A DNA stretch of 63,702 nucleotides, filler included, from Hausera hauseri (lineage: Eukaryota): NCBI GenBank assembly GCA_046269625.1. It is 12 parts of 12 records of this genome, joined end to end, with 100 filler letters (N's around TTAATTAATTAA, not from the genome) between each part and the next. Parts side by side here need not be neighbours in the genome. Positions count along the whole stretch, not along the records: positions 59,403 to 63,702 come from JBJURY010648775.1; 11 more parts are not named here. One strand, 5' to 3'. A program made the translations under genes and the position numbers. Every line of letters begins with the position of its first letter. The first letter of the stretch is position 1. Of the stretch, positions 60,260 to 63,702 are shown one piece after another. Below the pieces are notes generated by a model. It saw only the letters and a program-made list of their open reading frames with translations. It ran no database searches and was not told the origin of the DNA.

Positions 60260-62935
60260 TCTTCTAATCCCCAAAACCAATAAAGCTGGCGGAAACTACG
60301 GCAAATTCTGGAAGAGGCAACTCCATACGACTCAACTAACACACATCTAGAAACACCGTTTTTTACTGGACGCTGCAATGACAACGTCTCCACATCACAC
60401 CAAATTTCTCATAGATTCAGGTGCAGCTGTCACACTCTTACATTTATCCTTCAACTTATCAAAAATATATTCAACGTCAACTAAACTTTTCACCGCCAAC
60501 AATCAGGCCCTATGTATTTCAGGTACCACATAAATCCCCTTCACTTTGCCACAGTTTTAGACATTTTTAAATGGAAATTTATAATTTCAGATATTCAGAC
60601 TTCAATATTAGACTCCAAATGTCTATTACATTAAAACTTACTGGTCGACCGTAGATAGTGTAGTGTGATCAAATATACACATAACAGTACCACCCCACTT
60701 GTTGCACAGCTGACTGTCATGCCGAAGTTTATATTAAAAAATTCTAAAATAAAATAAATTGAATGTCGACAATGCTGATAGAGATAATTCCATTCATACC
60801 ATCACGCCGATTTTCACCGCAGATATAAACCTGATTTTTTAGCTTTCATCGCTATCCATGCAACTAGATGTAGCTCCGCGAGACTACGTAACCATATCGT
60901 GTTCCGGAACTGTTTAATAGACCCTAATTTTAAGCTTTCTTTCACGACTTATCGTCACATCGTCAATGAACACCAGAGACCAATAAAACAGAAAATTTGG
61001 CCACTTTCTCCTTACAGACGCAAAGCTGTAGAACCGGAATTCAACGAATTAGAAAAAGCCTGCATCACAAGGATGTCTAAATCACCATGAGCCTCACTCT
61101 TATATGTCCTATGGACCTTGTGGCGACTACTTCCAAGTAAATAACCTTACCAGCGTTACTTCTCATAAAGGACATCCTGATAGCTTTAATAATACCAACA
61201 CGTATTCCACAATTGATCTGCACAAAACCTACTATCAAATTCCCGTTACACCTGATGACATTCGATAAACTGCCAATATCACTCCATTTGGACCTTATGA
61301 ATACATCTTCATGATATTCGGTTTACGCAGTGAATCCCAAATTTTTCAAGGTCACATTGACATGGTGCTTTCAGGACGTGATTTCGTTCATACCTATATC
61401 AACGGCATATTAGCCGCTTCTGCTTCCAACATCATGAACACCTTTGAATTCTCTTCCATAAGTTACACCAATAAAATTTACAAGTTAACCTTTCCAAATG
61501 CCACTTCTTCCAAAAACGTGTGAACTTAGGTCACATTATCACTTCTCACGGTGACTCTCCACAGCATGATCGAGTACAGCAATTAAATAACGTAACTTTA
61601 CAAACCACTACCACGGACATGAAAAGTTTCCTAAGCACACTTTACTTTGTGCACAAATACGTGCCACATTGTTCCGAATTAACGGCCCTTTTGCACATCT
61701 TTCATCTAGAAAGTGGAAGCAACTAATCCACTGCACTCCTAAGTTGGTCAATAAATTCGACCACTTACGCGAGAGCTTAAAATAAGCCGAAATCCTAGCA
61801 CGTCCAAAATTGGAAGCAGAACTAGTAATCACCACACATGCCTCTATCACAGCTGTTGGCGCAATAAACCACCAAGTATTCAATGACAACAACCACCCTC
61901 TGGAATTATATTCTTGCAAACTCGCAGCACCGGAACGCCGTTACTCAACTTTCGACACAGAGATTCTAGCCATAATACTCGCCTTTAAACACTTCTCGCA
62001 TCTACTAATCGCCAGGTCTTTTACAATCAAAACAGACCATAAACCATTAACTCAAGTAATGGACGTGAAGACACCTTTATCTCGACAAGAACATCACATA
62101 TCGTATTTGTCGACTTTCAATTATAAAATAACTTATATTGCAGAAACAGATAATCTAGTTGCTGATTTTTTATCCCCATCAGTCACCATCTTTGGAGTTT
62201 CGCCTATTTTCTTACAGACAGTGATTAAGCAAGATGTGCCAAAGCACGACGCTCCCAAATCTTTCAAATCTTATGAGATCATGGACAGAAACTCTAATGA
62301 CACATCTAAACCCGGTAAAAACAATGCAATACTTTCTTCACTTTTGCAGAAAATTGCACTTCACAGCTTTTACGCGTTTTATTATCCCAGTGCAAAAACA
62401 ACTTTCCGTCTACGACGCCGAGTAGTATGCCTGTCGATACACTGAGACGTACAGGCTTGGGTTAAGGAGTATGTGTCATGCTAAAAATTCAAAAACCAAC
62501 AAGCATCTGAAGGCACCACTAGATCACTTCCCCTGTACGTCGCGTTTTCAGTCCGTGCATATTGATCTAGTCGGCCCTCTTCGTTCAGACAACGGCCATC
62601 AGTTCATACTCACAATGATGGACTCTTCTTCCATTACGCTCCACTAACACAGACACAATTGCTGAGGTTTTTATCAAAACTGAGATCAGCAGATTTAGTT
62701 TACCTTGTTTAATAATCACGGACCAAGGTCCACAATTCGAGTCAAATCCCTTTAAAGCCTTAGTCAACCGCTTGGGGATCAAACATATACACACTTCTCT
62801 ATATAATCTCAAAGCAAACGGTTTATTGTAAAGATTCCACCGCACAATGAAGACCTCACTCCAAATCCGTGCTGAATCAAACACAAACTGGATAACTATC
62901 CTTCCTCTCCTCTTGCTCGGTTGGCAGACTTCCAC
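60260..62935 (+). mobile_element. Decayed CsRn1/Kabuki-like Gypsy pol (same family as 4390-7620)
   Basis: FLIDSGA, PCGDY, FGLRS, YSTFDTEILA, TDHKPL, HIDLVGPL, TDQGPQFES; collinear with 4750-7480. Confidence 0.9.
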
Positions 62936-63640
62936 AGTCATATTCGCACTTTCCCAGTCCCTGGTGAGACACACTATTCGTCGCACACACATCTCACCTC
63001 CGCTGCCACCATCACACTGCGCCGCATGCGGGAAAAGAGGGAGCAGGACAGGGGGGGACCTTACTTTGTCTTTCTTCATCTCGGCGTGAGAAATGACCGA
63101 TAGATGTGTCACCTGAAGTGAAAGGCCTGACACCTGAAACATCGCGGCCTGATTGCTTCTCCTTCTTGAGCATCTTTCTGTGTCCATCATTCATCCTGCC
63201 ACAATCTGCTGCTCCCTCCCTCAATCTGCCTCGCTCTTCCCTCGCAATCTGTTTCCTCTCCCGCAAAGTGCTCAAACTTTGTCATCTGTCTCTCTCCCTC
63301 CCTCTCCCTGTGTTCTCTGTGCTGTTCCTGGTCTCAATCATGAGGACATCAGATCGTGCCATATGGCTCACGCACGCCGACACGGACGCGAGCCGCACGG
63401 CCCAGGTGCATGGAGGCGCCGCGTTCCGCTAATGACGCCGGAGTCGGCAGCTCGAGATGCTAACGCAAATCAATAGGCAGCACGGCCCAGCGATAACAAT
63501 CTCCGTTTCTCCTCTCCTCCCCGCATCTCTCCATTCCCTCATCGATGCTACGCCCCCCCTCCTCCTCCTCCTCCTCCCTCACATCCTCCCTCACATCTGC
63601 CTTGATCTTGCAGGTTCAATCTATCTCTCCCTAACCCTCC

Positions 63641-63672
63641 CACACACACACACACACACACACGCACACACC
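63641..63672. repeat. (CA)n microsatellite within GC/pyrimidine-rich sequence unlike the rest of the window
   Basis: cacacacaca run; (cct)n at ~63560. Confidence 0.9.
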
Positions 63673-63702
63673 CGTCTCCGTGCCCTCAATCTCACATACT
63701 CT

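Noticed and set aside
63012-63476. Overlapping ORFs in the GC-rich tail as genes
   Set aside because: Open frames on both strands are expected at this GC content; no recognisable domain.

Overview
This window is not one locus. It is 12 short contigs joined by 11 identical artificial 100-nt spacers (44 N + TTAATTAATTAA + 44 N), so adjacency is meaningful only within a contig. The DNA is mostly AT-rich and looks like the repeat/viral fraction of an invertebrate animal with tiny introns (39-55 nt GT-AG introns are visible at 54.7-58.9 kb). The last contig also carries a bacterial ppaC fragment and a GC-rich vertebrate-like tail. Contents: (i) two families (four copies) of Ty3/Gypsy-type retroelements in which a chuvirus-like envelope glycoprotein lies UPSTREAM of, and apparently in frame with, protease-RT-RNaseH-integrase, behind an internal signal peptide; one family also has a ubiquitin-like domain, an AT-hook-like motif and PTAP/LYPxxxL motifs; (ii) two pieces of decayed Polinton/Maverick (adintovirus-like) elements; (iii) a largely intact DNA-virus-like contig in which a Polinton-type adenain protease faces a three-intron, 419-aa CRESS-type HUH+SF3 Rep, with spliced ORFans and an iteron/hairpin region; (iv) intronless, decayed, co-oriented mosaics of host gene fragments (ACAD9+PAN3 behind an env fragment; COG5+4E-T+axonemal dynein; FAM13; STARD10); (v) ordinary decayed TEs (CsRn1/Kabuki-like Gypsy x2, HERO, RTE, Penelope-like, Tc1). 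All family calls come from motif recognition by eye; no database search was run.
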